IMG/VR virus record: IMGVR_UViG_3300034069_002177
Span: 1 to 64,000 of that record
Source: a virus
Lineage: Duplodnaviria; Caudoviricetes
DNA: 64,000 nt
Strand: one strand, 5' to 3'
Position numbers and translations under genes: made by a program. The notes beneath the pieces are model-generated. The model was not told where the DNA came from, ran no database searches, and worked only from the letters and a program-made list of their open reading frames with translations. Of the stretch, positions 8,389 through 17,423 are shown in pieces; position 1 is the first letter of the stretch; each line of letters begins with the position of its first letter.

Positions 8389-10065
8389 ATGAACACACAT
8401 CCTGAGGTACGACCTGACAAGAACGGCAATTTAGTGACCCGTCACGTTGCCCTATTCAAAGGCTTGAAAGACCGAGCAAAGTCTGCGCCAGTACCCAAGG
8501 CATTTGATGGAGATCTTGTAACCTGTTCTTTCTGTGCTACAACGCACCAGAGGGGCACTGTGCACCGCTGTAAGGTTGATTCACTCGTAGCACTGCCCAA
8601 TAGCACCAAAACCGTCCTGCGAGCTTGTAGAGCCGCAGGAGGCACACCGGCTATCGTAGGCGGGAGCGTGCGCGATGCCATTCTCAATCGCATGAATGGT
8701 GCCGGTACGTATGCTCCGAAGGATATTGACATCGAAGTGTTCGGCATCAAAGACCCGCAGCTTCTCAAACACGAACTCTCCAAGCGTGGGATTGTTAATG
8801 AACAGGGCGTTTCTTTCGGCGTTCTCAGTATGCAGATGGACGGTATCGATTACGACATCGCGCTCCCACGGAGGGACTCCAAAGCTGGTCGTGGACACCG
8901 TGGCTTCGATGTTGATTTCACTTCCGATATCGAAGAAGTAGAAGCGTTCGGTCGTCGCGATTACACCATCAATGCTATGGGTTGGGATCCGACCACGCAG
9001 CAACTCATTGACCCTTACGGCGGAACCCAAGATTTGTACGATGGGATGCTTCGTCATACCACCTCTGCATTCTCGGATGACCCGCTACGCGTACTTCGAG
9101 GTGTGCAGTTTGCCGCCCGTTTCGGATTTGACATGGCACCGGAAACAGCAGAAGAGTCTGCACGCATCAAGGGTGAATTCTCGACCATTGCCGCCGAACG
9201 CGTCTGGGGTGAGTTTGACAAGATCCTCACCAAGGGGACTCATATCTCTAAGGCGATCAGGGTGCTACAGGACACTGGCTGGATGGAGCACTTCCCCGAA
9301 CTTGGACGTATGGAAGATGTGCCGCAAGACCCGAAATGGCACCCAGAGGGTAACGTTTTGGAGCATCTTGGACAATCAGCCGACCGTGCAGCGCTGAACA
9401 CGAAATCGTGGAATGTCAACGATCTCAAAGTGGCTCAGGACAAGCGTATTGTCGTATTCTCAGCGCTTGTTCATGACCTTGGGAAATTCGGTGAGGGTAC
9501 TCAGATTCATCATGATGATAATGGCAATGTGGACAAGATTACGTCCTATGGGCATCCCACACTTGCTGATGACGCCATTAGCTCTTTTGGTAAGAGAATC
9601 GGCGCGCCTCGATCTGTGACCGACCCCGCCAAAAAGCTCACTCAGGAACACATGGTTGTTCATGGTGCCCACGGCGAAAAGCCATCGGGTCATGCCGTCC
9701 GAAAGCTTGTTCGTCGTCTAGGTGACGGTAAGGACGGTGCGAGCCTTTACAACCTCGCACAGGTCATTGACGCCGATCAGGGTGGTCGTGGAGAGGCATC
9801 TATTACCAGCAAGGGTGCTGGTTGGGCGTGGATGGAAAAGGCTCGTGAACTCGATAACGTAACCCCTCCCAAGGTTCTTGTACGCGGAAACATGCTCGCT
9901 GATCTCGGCGTACCCAGAAACGAGATGATGGGCGAGATTGTCAAGGCGTCGTTGGTTGCTCAGGACAACGAAGAATTCACTGATTTCGAGGGCGCTCGTG
10001 AGTGGGCAAAGAAGTACGTCGCAGGCTTGTCGCTACCCACTGTTAGAATTGACCCGAGAGCGTAA
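8389..10065 (+). CDS. cca: CCA-adding enzyme / tRNA nucleotidyltransferase with HD domain and N-terminal DKNG tag
   Basis: IVGGSVRD, DIDIEV, RRDYTINAM, DDPLRVLRGVQFAARF, HDLGK; N-terminus RPDKNGNLVTRHV then CSFC..HRC; TATGAT 6 nt before ATG. Confidence 0.85.
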   Translation: MNTHPEVRPDKNGNLVTRHVALFKGLKDRAKSAPVPKAFDGDLVTCSFCATTHQRGTVHRCKVDSLVALPNSTKTVLRACRAAGGTPAIVGGSVRDAILNRMNGAGTYAPKDIDIEVFGIKDPQLLKHELSKRGIVNEQGVSFGVLSMQMDGIDYDIALPRRDSKAGRGHRGFDVDFTSDIEEVEAFGRRDYTINAMGWDPTTQQLIDPYGGTQDLYDGMLRHTTSAFSDDPLRVLRGVQFAARFGFDMAPETAEESARIKGEFSTIAAERVWGEFDKILTKGTHISKAIRVLQDTGWMEHFPELGRMEDVPQDPKWHPEGNVLEHLGQSADRAALNTKSWNVNDLKVAQDKRIVVFSALVHDLGKFGEGTQIHHDDNGNVDKITSYGHPTLADDAISSFGKRIGAPRSVTDPAKKLTQEHMVVHGAHGEKPSGHAVRKLVRRLGDGKDGASLYNLAQVIDADQGGRGEASITSKGAGWAWMEKARELDNVTPPKVLVRGNMLADLGVPRNEMMGEIVKASLVAQDNEEFTDFEGAREWAKKYVAGLSLPTVRIDPRA

Positions 10066-10077
10066 AGGAACTCACTC

Positions 10078-10995
10078 ATGGCACTTTTCAAGAAGCAAGG
10101 CGTTGACAAGAACGGTCACCAGTACACCCGATTGGTCCGCCCCGAGGGTGATACAGGAACGGTTCGTCACGGTCGTATTCCTTCTCCGACTATCGTCTCC
10201 GCCGACGAGGTGGATTCATACAGAGACTTCATCGAGACTTCCGAGAGCATCATCAACAACATCCCGAAGTCTGAGCGTATCAACATCACGCCCGAGCAGC
10301 TTGACGCTGTATTCGGAGTCATGAAGGAGTTCGGCACTCAGGATGATGATTCATGGGGTTTTCGCAATCACGTCGCCAAGAAAAGCGATCATGGTTATGA
10401 GTGGAGCGAGCGCGGCTGGGGCTCGCGCTTCAACATGGACACCGACCGCGAGGGCAATATCCGCAACGTCAGTCTTTACAACATCGGTTCCGGTAACCAG
10501 CAGGCGGAATACCCTCGATTCGCAGAAGGTCAAGCCAAACTTCGTTCGGCTCTAGGACTTCCCGAGTACAACGATTCCGAAATGCGCTACATCGCCACTC
10601 GTTACTTCGATTCGCAGATCCTCAGCACCCTTGGCGATATCCCTGGCGATGGTGGTCGCGGTCTTCGCAAGAAGTATGTCAGTGACATCATGGACCATAA
10701 GGAACTCATCCCGGACCTTATCGAAGGTCTCAAAGAGCAGCCTGTCGATGTTGTTGGCAACATGAGTGGTTATGTCGAAACACTGGGCACGCCCGGTAAG
10801 GATTATGAGCCGTTCCTCTCCAAGGTGCGAGAGGGCAAATTCGTTGCTGCACAGAATGAACTTTCGCGATACCGAGAATTCAACGATGACCAAAAGCGAG
10901 CCATCAACAAGAAGATTGATACCTTGAAGAAAGAAGCAGCACGTGAGAAGCGTGCTGCTAAGAAGGCAGCAGAAGCAGCCGCTACCGCGAGCTAG
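10078..10995 (+). CDS. DKNG-tag hypothetical protein
   Basis: N-terminus KKQGVDKNGHQYTRLVRP; AAGGA RBS; basic coiled C-terminus. Confidence 0.75.
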   Translation: MALFKKQGVDKNGHQYTRLVRPEGDTGTVRHGRIPSPTIVSADEVDSYRDFIETSESIINNIPKSERINITPEQLDAVFGVMKEFGTQDDDSWGFRNHVAKKSDHGYEWSERGWGSRFNMDTDREGNIRNVSLYNIGSGNQQAEYPRFAEGQAKLRSALGLPEYNDSEMRYIATRYFDSQILSTLGDIPGDGGRGLRKKYVSDIMDHKELIPDLIEGLKEQPVDVVGNMSGYVETLGTPGKDYEPFLSKVREGKFVAAQNELSRYREFNDDQKRAINKKIDTLKKEAAREKRAAKKAAEAAATAS

Positions 10996-11594
10996 CTCTT
11001 CTTACCGTATCTGATTTTGTTCTCTGCGCGCGCCACGCGACCGATGAGGTAGGACGTGAAATAGGGTCCGAAGTCATCCGGTCCGTGGCGAACTTCTGCG
11101 CGCTTGGCAATATCAATACGAGCGCCATAGGGCGTTTTAACCCAGTACCAGAGCCCACAACCCTCCGGTACTTCATCGACGCTAATGAGTCCTTCAGGAA
11201 CAAGATAGACGAATCGATGGGTGACTGATTTCCATGCTCGGCGTTTTTCTTCGGTGTCACGTTTGAAGTCGGCACGACTGATTTTTACTTCAACGGCAGT
11301 GGCGGGATATTCGCCGTGCGCATCCATAGCTCCCACCATGAGCGCATCAATACGGCGAATGGTGGGTGTCTGACCGGGGATGTAGTTAGTTGTGTCCGGC
11401 ATGGAATCAACATCAAGACCTCGTTTAACAAGCGACTTGGCGTAATAGTCGGGGTAGGCACGGTAGTAATAGGCGCTTGTGAGTTGTGTTTCGATGGGGT
11501 CCACAATGCTGACTTCTCGGATAATAGAGAAGCGACTACCGTATTGCTTGTCTAGTGTCGCAAGCAGTTGCTTGGCGGTACATTTCGCAGCCAT
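10992..11594 (-). CDS. PD-(D/E)xK nuclease, MmcB-like
   Basis: IREV...RRIDALM...AVEVKISRADFKRD...RFVYLVP...LISVDEVPEGCGL pattern. Confidence 0.7.
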   Translation of the reverse strand: MAAKCTAKQLLATLDKQYGSRFSIIREVSIVDPIETQLTSAYYYRAYPDYYAKSLVKRGLDVDSMPDTTNYIPGQTPTIRRIDALMVGAMDAHGEYPATAVEVKISRADFKRDTEEKRRAWKSVTHRFVYLVPEGLISVDEVPEGCGLWYWVKTPYGARIDIAKRAEVRHGPDDFGPYFTSYLIGRVARAENKIRYGKKS

Positions 11595-11643
11595 ATCGAG
11601 CGTCTTCTTTCTGTGGTCGAGGGTGCAATCCTAACCGATCAGA

Positions 11644-11701
11644 AAAAGTTTTTCTCAATTTGAGCTTTTTAGTCGCATTGACTAAAAAGAAGTGCTATGG
11701 T
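11644..11701 (+). promoter_or_regulatory. 58-bp promoter/operator copy 1 with NrtR-type palindrome
   Basis: TTTTTAGTC-gcatt-GACTAAAAA (11666-11688; GT-N7-AC core) and extended -10 TGcTATGGT; 56/58 identical to 12661-12718. Confidence 0.8.
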
Positions 11702-11768
11702 GTACCCATGAGTGAGGCGAGCAACACAGGAGTCTCACCACAAGACGCGAATAAGAAGGAAGAACAAA

Positions 11769-12608
11769 ATGAGCATCACGTTTCTCGCTAAGGTTCCCAG
11801 CGGATGGCAGATCCACTCGCGGCTCGAAGTAATGCACTTCCCCGCAGGAGAGGTCCACATCAAGATGCCGGAGAACTTCGATGAGGTTCCCATCGCCGCC
11901 TATGTGACGGGCGCGGACCTCAACGACTACATGGCTCTGGCTCAGTGGGCGGATATCGTTCACCAGCAGGGCTACAAGGCAACTGCCTTCATCCCCTACC
12001 TCCCCGGCGCTCGTCAGGACCGTGGTATGCCGTTCGGTGCCAAGGTGTACGCCGACTTCATCAACGCTGCCGGACTCGACAAGGTGGTGTGCTTCGACCC
12101 GCACAGCCACGTCATGCCGGAACTGGTGAACAACCTCACCATCATCAACTCGGACCACGTTCTCAAGAATGCCGTCCTCGGTCGTTCGGGTATCATCGGT
12201 GGCTACGTTGGCGTCATCTGCCCCGACGAGGGCGCTCATGAGCGTACCGAGCGAGTTGCCAAGACGCTCAACCTTCCGGTGTTCTACGCCAAGAAGCACC
12301 GCGACTTCCAGACCGGCAAGCTGAACGGCTTCGAATGCGAGCCGGTTCCCGATGAGGGTCGCCTTCTCGTTGTCGATGACATCTGCGACGGCGGCGGAAC
12401 GTTCATGGGTCTTGCTGACGCAATCGGTATCGACCGGTCGCGCCTCTCGCTTTGGGTCAGCCACGGCGTATTCTCGGGTAAGGCTGGTCAGTTGACCGAG
12501 AAGTACGGTCAGATTTACACCACCGACTCGCACCCCGGTGCAGGTCGCGAGGATGTTGCGGCACACGTCACGCCTCTTCTCCCCTACCTCATCCGCGAGG
12601 CTCTGTAA
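11769..12608 (+). CDS. prs: Ribose-phosphate pyrophosphokinase-like protein (Prs; NARP1 Adps-like)
   Basis: FPAGEVHIK, PYLPGARQDR, FDPHS, PDEGA, VVDDICDGGGTF, SHGVFS; RBS AAGGAAG supports ATG 11769. Confidence 0.85.
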   Translation: MSITFLAKVPSGWQIHSRLEVMHFPAGEVHIKMPENFDEVPIAAYVTGADLNDYMALAQWADIVHQQGYKATAFIPYLPGARQDRGMPFGAKVYADFINAAGLDKVVCFDPHSHVMPELVNNLTIINSDHVLKNAVLGRSGIIGGYVGVICPDEGAHERTERVAKTLNLPVFYAKKHRDFQTGKLNGFECEPVPDEGRLLVVDDICDGGGTFMGLADAIGIDRSRLSLWVSHGVFSGKAGQLTEKYGQIYTTDSHPGAGREDVAAHVTPLLPYLIREAL

Positions 12609-12614
12609 CTACTG

Positions 12615-12646
12615 ACTACCTCTCCTATTGCTGTAGGGGAGGTAGT
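12615..12646 (+). terminator. Hairpin after prs-like gene
   Basis: ACTACCTCTCCTA ... TAGGGGAGGTAGT stem. Confidence 0.55.
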
Positions 12647-12660
12647 TCGGTGTTGCCCCC

Positions 12661-12718
12661 AAAAGTTTTTCTCAATTCGAGCTTTTTAGTCGCATTGACT
12701 AAAAATAAGTGCTATGGT
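12661..12718 (+). promoter_or_regulatory. 58-bp promoter/operator copy 2 with NrtR-type palindrome
   Basis: Same palindrome at 12683-12705 and TGcTATGGT upstream of the Nampt-like gene. Confidence 0.8.
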
Positions 12719-12747
12719 TTAACCAACAACAAGGAAGGTCACACAAA

Positions 12748-14253
12748 ATGACTCGCAACAAATTCGCACCGGTTCGAGCGCTGTTCCTCACTGATGCCTA
12801 CAAGCTCGGACACCGCATCCTAGAGCCCGCTAAGACGGAGTACGTCTACTCCAACTTCACCAACCGCAACAGCCGTATCGGAGACATCAAGAAGGTTGTC
12901 GCCTTCGGTCTTCAGGCTTTCATCGAGCGCTACATCGTCGATGAGTTCGTTCCGTTCTTCGAGGCATCCGAGGATGAGGTCGCCGCTCTGTACGAAGAGC
13001 GTGTCACCCAGATCCTCGGTCCGAACCCGATTGGCTCCGACCACATCCGTGCACTTCACCGCAAGGGCTTCCTCCCCCTGGAGTTCCGCTCGGTAAAGGA
13101 GGGTACGCTTGTTCCGCTTCAGGTTCCTACCCTGACCGTCGAGAACACCGACCCCGAGTTCGCGTGGCTCACGAACTACATCGAGACCATTCTCTCGACC
13201 AGCATCTGGTTCCCGAGCACTTCGGCTACCAAGGATCTCTACGTCCGCAAGTTCATCGAGGGCTGGGCTGAGCGCACCGGTTCCGACAAGGACTTCATCG
13301 ACTGGCAGTGGCACGACTTCTCGTTCCGTGGGCAGACCTCGGAAGAGTCGGCTGCAATGTCGGGTGCCGCTCACCTGCTCTCGTTCAAGGGCACTGACAA
13401 CCTGAACGCTTTCGACTGGATCGACAGCTACTACCCCGGAGACAATGGCTTTGTCGGCGGTAGCGTCAGTGCAACCGAGCACTCGATCATGACTTCGCGT
13501 GGTCGTGAGGGCGAGTTCGACACCTACGTTGACATCCTCAACAAGGTTCCCACCGGCATCATCAGCATCGTTTCGGACACCTACAACCTGTGGAATGTCA
13601 TCGACGATTTCCTTCCCCGTCTTCACGAGCAGATCGTGGGTCGTGACGGCAAGCTCGTCATTCGTCCTGACTCGGGTGACCCCGCTGACATCATCTGCGG
13701 TACCGTTGCTGAGTTTGGCAAGGGTGAGACTTCAGAAGAGCGCGGTCTCGTCGAGGCGCTCTGGCTTCAGTTCGGTGGCAAGGTCAACGCCAAGGGTCTT
13801 CGTACTCTCGACAGCCACATCGGAGCCATCTACGGCGACAGCATCACGCTGGAACGAGCCAATGACATGTTCACTCGACTCGAAGCCAAGGGCTTTGCTA
13901 TCGACAACATCGTCTTCGGTGCCGGTTCGCTGTTCTTCATGTCGTCGGGTATTGGCAAGATGGAGCCTGTCACTCGCGACACCTTCGGTAGCGCCATGAA
14001 GGCTACCTGGGAGCAGGTCGATGGTGTGGGTATGGTCATGCAGAAGGATCCCGCCACCGGTTCGGGCAAGAAGAGCGCCGCTGGTCGTCTCGCCGTCTTC
14101 AAGAACGAGGAGGACGAACTCGAACTCATTCAGAACGCCACTCCTGAGCAGGAAGCCGCGAGCGAGCTTACCCTCGTCTGGAAGGATGGAAAGTTCATCC
14201 GCTACCAGTCGTTCGGTGAGGTTCGAGACAACCTGGCAACGCAGAAGTTCTAA
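12748..14253 (+). CDS. nadV: Nicotinamide phosphoribosyltransferase-like protein (NadV/Nampt; NARP1 Namat-like)
   Basis: LTDAYKLGH, HDFSFRG, SATEHSIMT, SIVSDTYN, VIRPDSGDP, IYGDSIT, RDTFGSAMKAT, KKSAAG; RBS AAGGAAGG supports ATG 12748. Confidence 0.9.
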   Translation: MTRNKFAPVRALFLTDAYKLGHRILEPAKTEYVYSNFTNRNSRIGDIKKVVAFGLQAFIERYIVDEFVPFFEASEDEVAALYEERVTQILGPNPIGSDHIRALHRKGFLPLEFRSVKEGTLVPLQVPTLTVENTDPEFAWLTNYIETILSTSIWFPSTSATKDLYVRKFIEGWAERTGSDKDFIDWQWHDFSFRGQTSEESAAMSGAAHLLSFKGTDNLNAFDWIDSYYPGDNGFVGGSVSATEHSIMTSRGREGEFDTYVDILNKVPTGIISIVSDTYNLWNVIDDFLPRLHEQIVGRDGKLVIRPDSGDPADIICGTVAEFGKGETSEERGLVEALWLQFGGKVNAKGLRTLDSHIGAIYGDSITLERANDMFTRLEAKGFAIDNIVFGAGSLFFMSSGIGKMEPVTRDTFGSAMKATWEQVDGVGMVMQKDPATGSGKKSAAGRLAVFKNEEDELELIQNATPEQEAASELTLVWKDGKFIRYQSFGEVRDNLATQKF

Positions 14254-14262
14254 GCAATACCT

Positions 14263-14295
14263 CGGGGTGGTAGGTCGTCATGACTTGCCACCCCG
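14263..14295 (+). terminator. GC-rich hairpin after nadV-like gene
   Basis: CGGGGTGG...CCACCCCG stem; no clear U-tract. Confidence 0.45.
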
Positions 14296-14324
14296 CCCCG
14301 TAACAATCACAGAAGAAGTACATC

Positions 14325-14789
14325 ATGCAAGAAGTAAGAGCCCCAGAAATAGCACCCCGTGCTGACGTATTCCTCGCAGGAGGAATCCTTGGAGCCGATG
14401 ATTGGCAACCTCGTGCAGTAGCAATGCTGAACGGTCAAGATGTCATTGCCTACAACCCCCGTCGCATAGAACCATTCACAAGGGATATGCATGAGTTTCA
14501 GGTGCGATGGGAACATGACGCACTTCGTAATGCTGACTCCATCCTGTTCTGGTTCCCACCCGAAACGCTATGCCCCATTACGCTATTTGAACTGGGCGTA
14601 TGGTCCAATACCAACAAGCCTATTTACGTAGGCACTCATCCCGACTACGATCGTAGAGCGGATGTCATCATCCAACTAGGTCTATCTCGACCTGATGTAA
14701 TCGTTCGAGACAACCTAGAAGATGTCGTGAAAGACTTCATCGATTCACACAACAACCACAAGATCTACGATTACACCAAGAAGGACTAA
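14325..14789 (+). CDS. Nucleoside 2-deoxyribosyltransferase-like (N-glycosidase fold) protein
   Basis: VFLAGGI, WQ, YNPRR, QVRWEHDAL..ADSILFWFP, CPITLFELG. Confidence 0.8.
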   Translation: MQEVRAPEIAPRADVFLAGGILGADDWQPRAVAMLNGQDVIAYNPRRIEPFTRDMHEFQVRWEHDALRNADSILFWFPPETLCPITLFELGVWSNTNKPIYVGTHPDYDRRADVIIQLGLSRPDVIVRDNLEDVVKDFIDSHNNHKIYDYTKKD

Positions 14790-14794
14790 GACCA

Positions 14795-15421
14795 ATGACT
14801 AAGACATACGAGCAGCCGATTGTCTCTATCGACGTAGTACCCGTTCGATTCGATGGCACCGAAATCAAGGTGGCGTTTGGTCGTCGTATCTTCGAGCCTT
14901 TTATCGGTCAGCTTGCTCTTCCTGGTGTCCTTCTTCTTCCCACCGAGTCGATTGATGATGCGGCTTATCGCGCTCTGGATTCCAAGACCGGTATCAAGCG
15001 TAGCGAGGTTGTGACACTGGTCCGACTGGGCGCATTCGACAATCCCGACCGAGACCCTCGGGGAGCAACTATCTCTATTGCGCTTGCTGCGGTCATTACT
15101 GCCGATGCCGACAGCGAGCTATCCAATTGGCAGTCCGAGCGCGAGTTCGAAGAACTTCCCTTTGACCACGCAACCATTATCGAGGAAGCGTTCAGCGAAT
15201 TGAACGTTCGCCTCTGGCGGAACAAGGAAGTGACCAAGGCTCTTGTTGGTGCTGAGTTCTCGACCGCTCATGCCATCAAGCTGACCGAGACGCTCTCGAC
15301 TGGTGCTGTAGACAAGACCAACTTCACCCGAACGTTGAAGAACTACCCTTACGTGGAGAAGATCGGTGCTGTCAAAACCGGTCGCGGTCGTCCTTCTGCG
15401 GGCTGGAAGTTCATTTCCTGA
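14795..15421 (+). CDS. nrtR: NrtR-family NUDIX-wHTH transcriptional regulator
   Basis: N-terminal NUDIX-like fold (VSIDVV, ALPGVLL, FDNPDRDPRG, LPFDH) with degenerate Nudix box; C-terminal DKTNF.R...KTGRGRPS wHTH. Confidence 0.85.
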   Translation: MTKTYEQPIVSIDVVPVRFDGTEIKVAFGRRIFEPFIGQLALPGVLLLPTESIDDAAYRALDSKTGIKRSEVVTLVRLGAFDNPDRDPRGATISIALAAVITADADSELSNWQSEREFEELPFDHATIIEEAFSELNVRLWRNKEVTKALVGAEFSTAHAIKLTETLSTGAVDKTNFTRTLKNYPYVEKIGAVKTGRGRPSAGWKFIS

Positions 15422-16062
15422 TGCTCAGTCTTAAAGACGCCCGTACGCTTTTCTCCGACATCACATGTGACGGATACGTTCCGACCATTCTGGTTGATAT
15501 GGATGGCGTGCTGGCGTGGTGGGAGAAGCGGTTCATCAGTGAGATGCGTCGTCGTCATCCGAACATTCGCATGTTCGATTTCGGAGTACGGACCGAACTG
15601 GACCAAACCTACATCGACAAAATCTTCGACACCGATGAAGTGCAAGACGTTCTTCGTACCCCTGGTTTCTATCTTGGGTTGGATGCTGTTGCTGGCGGTC
15701 GAGATGCGTTGTTCCAGATGCGCGACCTTGGTTTCAATGTCGATGTCTGCACTTCTCCTTCGCTACGGAATCCAACCTGCGCTAGCGACAAGTATCACTG
15801 GGTTGAACGCGAACTCGACCGGGATTTTGCCAGAAAAACCATCATTACGTTTGACAAGACATCTATTAATGGCGACGTTCTCGTGGATGACAAAGTGAAG
15901 GTACGCGGATTTCATCAGCCGGTATGGACTCACATTGTGTTCGACCAGTCGTATAACCGTGCTGACCAAAACAGACCTCGCATTATCGACTGGGGCAACT
16001 GGCATCTTCCTGTACACTCGGTACTACAGCAACGGCGTCAACTACAGCTTCTGGGAGCGTAA
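15421..16062 (+). CDS. 5'(3')-deoxyribonucleotidase (HAD, NT5C-like)
   Basis: ILVDMDGVLA, CTSP, DKYHWV, DKTSINGDVLVDDK, FDQSYN; TGATG coupling with nrtR. Confidence 0.85.
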   Translation: MLSLKDARTLFSDITCDGYVPTILVDMDGVLAWWEKRFISEMRRRHPNIRMFDFGVRTELDQTYIDKIFDTDEVQDVLRTPGFYLGLDAVAGGRDALFQMRDLGFNVDVCTSPSLRNPTCASDKYHWVERELDRDFARKTIITFDKTSINGDVLVDDKVKVRGFHQPVWTHIVFDQSYNRADQNRPRIIDWGNWHLPVHSVLQQRRQLQLLGA

Positions 16063-16064
16063 TA

Positions 16065-16352
16065 ATGGTTCAGGTCCACGTTACAGTCGAAATCTCCGAT
16101 CAGGATGTCAAGGACATGCTGTGGCTAATGTTCGACCATTCCGAGTTCGCAGCTATCAATTCTCCCTCTCAGGATGTTCTAGCTCGCCTTCGCGATGCTG
16201 GCATTCTCGATGAGAGAATTATCTATCTTGACGCTGGATTGGCTCATTGCTACTTTATTGCGAAAGAAAAAGATGGCGAGGAAATCTTGAAGCGGTATCT
16301 CATCAAGATGAGTTCGGAGCCCGATACAGAAACTTCTCTCAGTCGGGCGTAA
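16065..16352 (+). CDS. Hypothetical protein
   Basis: 95-aa ORF, GGAG RBS, operonic. Confidence 0.6.
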   Translation: MVQVHVTVEISDQDVKDMLWLMFDHSEFAAINSPSQDVLARLRDAGILDERIIYLDAGLAHCYFIAKEKDGEEILKRYLIKMSSEPDTETSLSRA

Positions 16353-16354
16353 CG

Positions 16355-16531
16355 ATGAGCGGTTGCAGCAAGAATTCACGACGTTTGGCACGTCAACTTG
16401 GAGAGACTGCTGCGGCTAATCTGAGACGGTCGGGTTACACGGTGACTCGAAATAAGAAGACCGGTCGTTACGAAATGATTCGACCTGCCATCGAGCAGAC
16501 GGATAAGACCAAACGCCTTACAAGCAAGTAG
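16355..16531 (+). CDS. Small basic hypothetical protein
   Basis: ATG 3 nt after the previous stop; ends just before a terminator. Confidence 0.5.
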   Translation: MSGCSKNSRRLARQLGETAAANLRRSGYTVTRNKKTGRYEMIRPAIEQTDKTKRLTSK

Positions 16532-16541
16532 GGCGGTACGC

Positions 16542-16580
16542 AAAGACACCCAGGTGAATGAATATCGCCTGGGTGTCTTT
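16542..16580. terminator. Bidirectional terminator
   Basis: AAAGACACCCAGG ... CCTGGGTGTCTTT between convergent units. Confidence 0.75.
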
Positions 16581-16599
16581 TGCTGTCACGTCGTTTTGC

Positions 16600-17295
16600 T
16601 TAGATGCCTGCTTCTTCACGAAGTCGCTTCAATTCTTCTTCAACTTCGTCAGCGTGGCGCTCAGCGATTGTCACCGATGCCTGATTACGGAGTTTGGCTA
16701 TCTTCGCGGCATTCTGGTTGTCCCTAATTGCTACTTTGGCGTCGTCCAAATCATCCTTAAGGATGTAACCGGACTTGGCACGATACGGGAAACTGACGAA
16801 TGGTGCGTTCTTGTCTGCTGTCCCGTTCTTGGTCTCATTGTAGGTAGGATCTTTGACCTTGACGAGTTCACCATCTTCAATGAGTTCGTCGAGAACTTTG
16901 TTGACTCCGCTAACAGAGATGCGCTCGTTGTAAATAGCGGACTTGCTTTTGCCGCCCGTGTATTTGGTGTCAGTGTTTCTACCTCGCGTAGGATCTTCAC
17001 CGATAAGCGCCACCATGATTTGATCGTGCATGACGATATTCGGCTTCAACGTATACGAAGAAACGGGACCGTCTGTTGTTTCGCCAAAGTTCTTGAATTT
17101 GTGCTGGTTCGCTTTAGCGAAAAGGTCGGAGATGGTGTCACGCATAGCTTCATACCCTGCCACTTCAACCTTGGGTGCCGGAGCAGTCGCTGAGCGACCA
17201 TCTGCGCCGTTGACATCTACGCGCTTGTTACGAGTCGTCGCAACGCCGTTCTTGTCTACGATGCCCTCTGGGCGTGTGTTGGAGCCGAATGACAT
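16600..17295 (-). CDS. DKNG-tag hypothetical protein
   Basis: N-terminus RPEGIVDKNGVATTRNKRV then GRSATAPAPK; GAAAGGAAAG RBS. Confidence 0.75.
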   Translation of the reverse strand: MSFGSNTRPEGIVDKNGVATTRNKRVDVNGADGRSATAPAPKVEVAGYEAMRDTISDLFAKANQHKFKNFGETTDGPVSSYTLKPNIVMHDQIMVALIGEDPTRGRNTDTKYTGGKSKSAIYNERISVSGVNKVLDELIEDGELVKVKDPTYNETKNGTADKNAPFVSFPYRAKSGYILKDDLDDAKVAIRDNQNAAKIAKLRNQASVTIAERHADEVEEELKRLREEAGI

Positions 17296-17423
17296 GGCTT
17301 TCCTTTCGTTACTTCATGGTATCGCACAGTTGCGACAAACAGTTACACACTAGAAGGTTTGGGTGCAGTCAATAAGGCTTGTCGAGTGGTTTTGATGTCG
17401 CTTGTTCCCATTATGATTTCGGT

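Noticed and set aside
11682-13626. Long minus-strand ORFs 11682..12566 and 12820..13626
   Set aside because: Antisense shadows of the strongly codon-biased prs- and nadV-like genes; no motifs or RBS.
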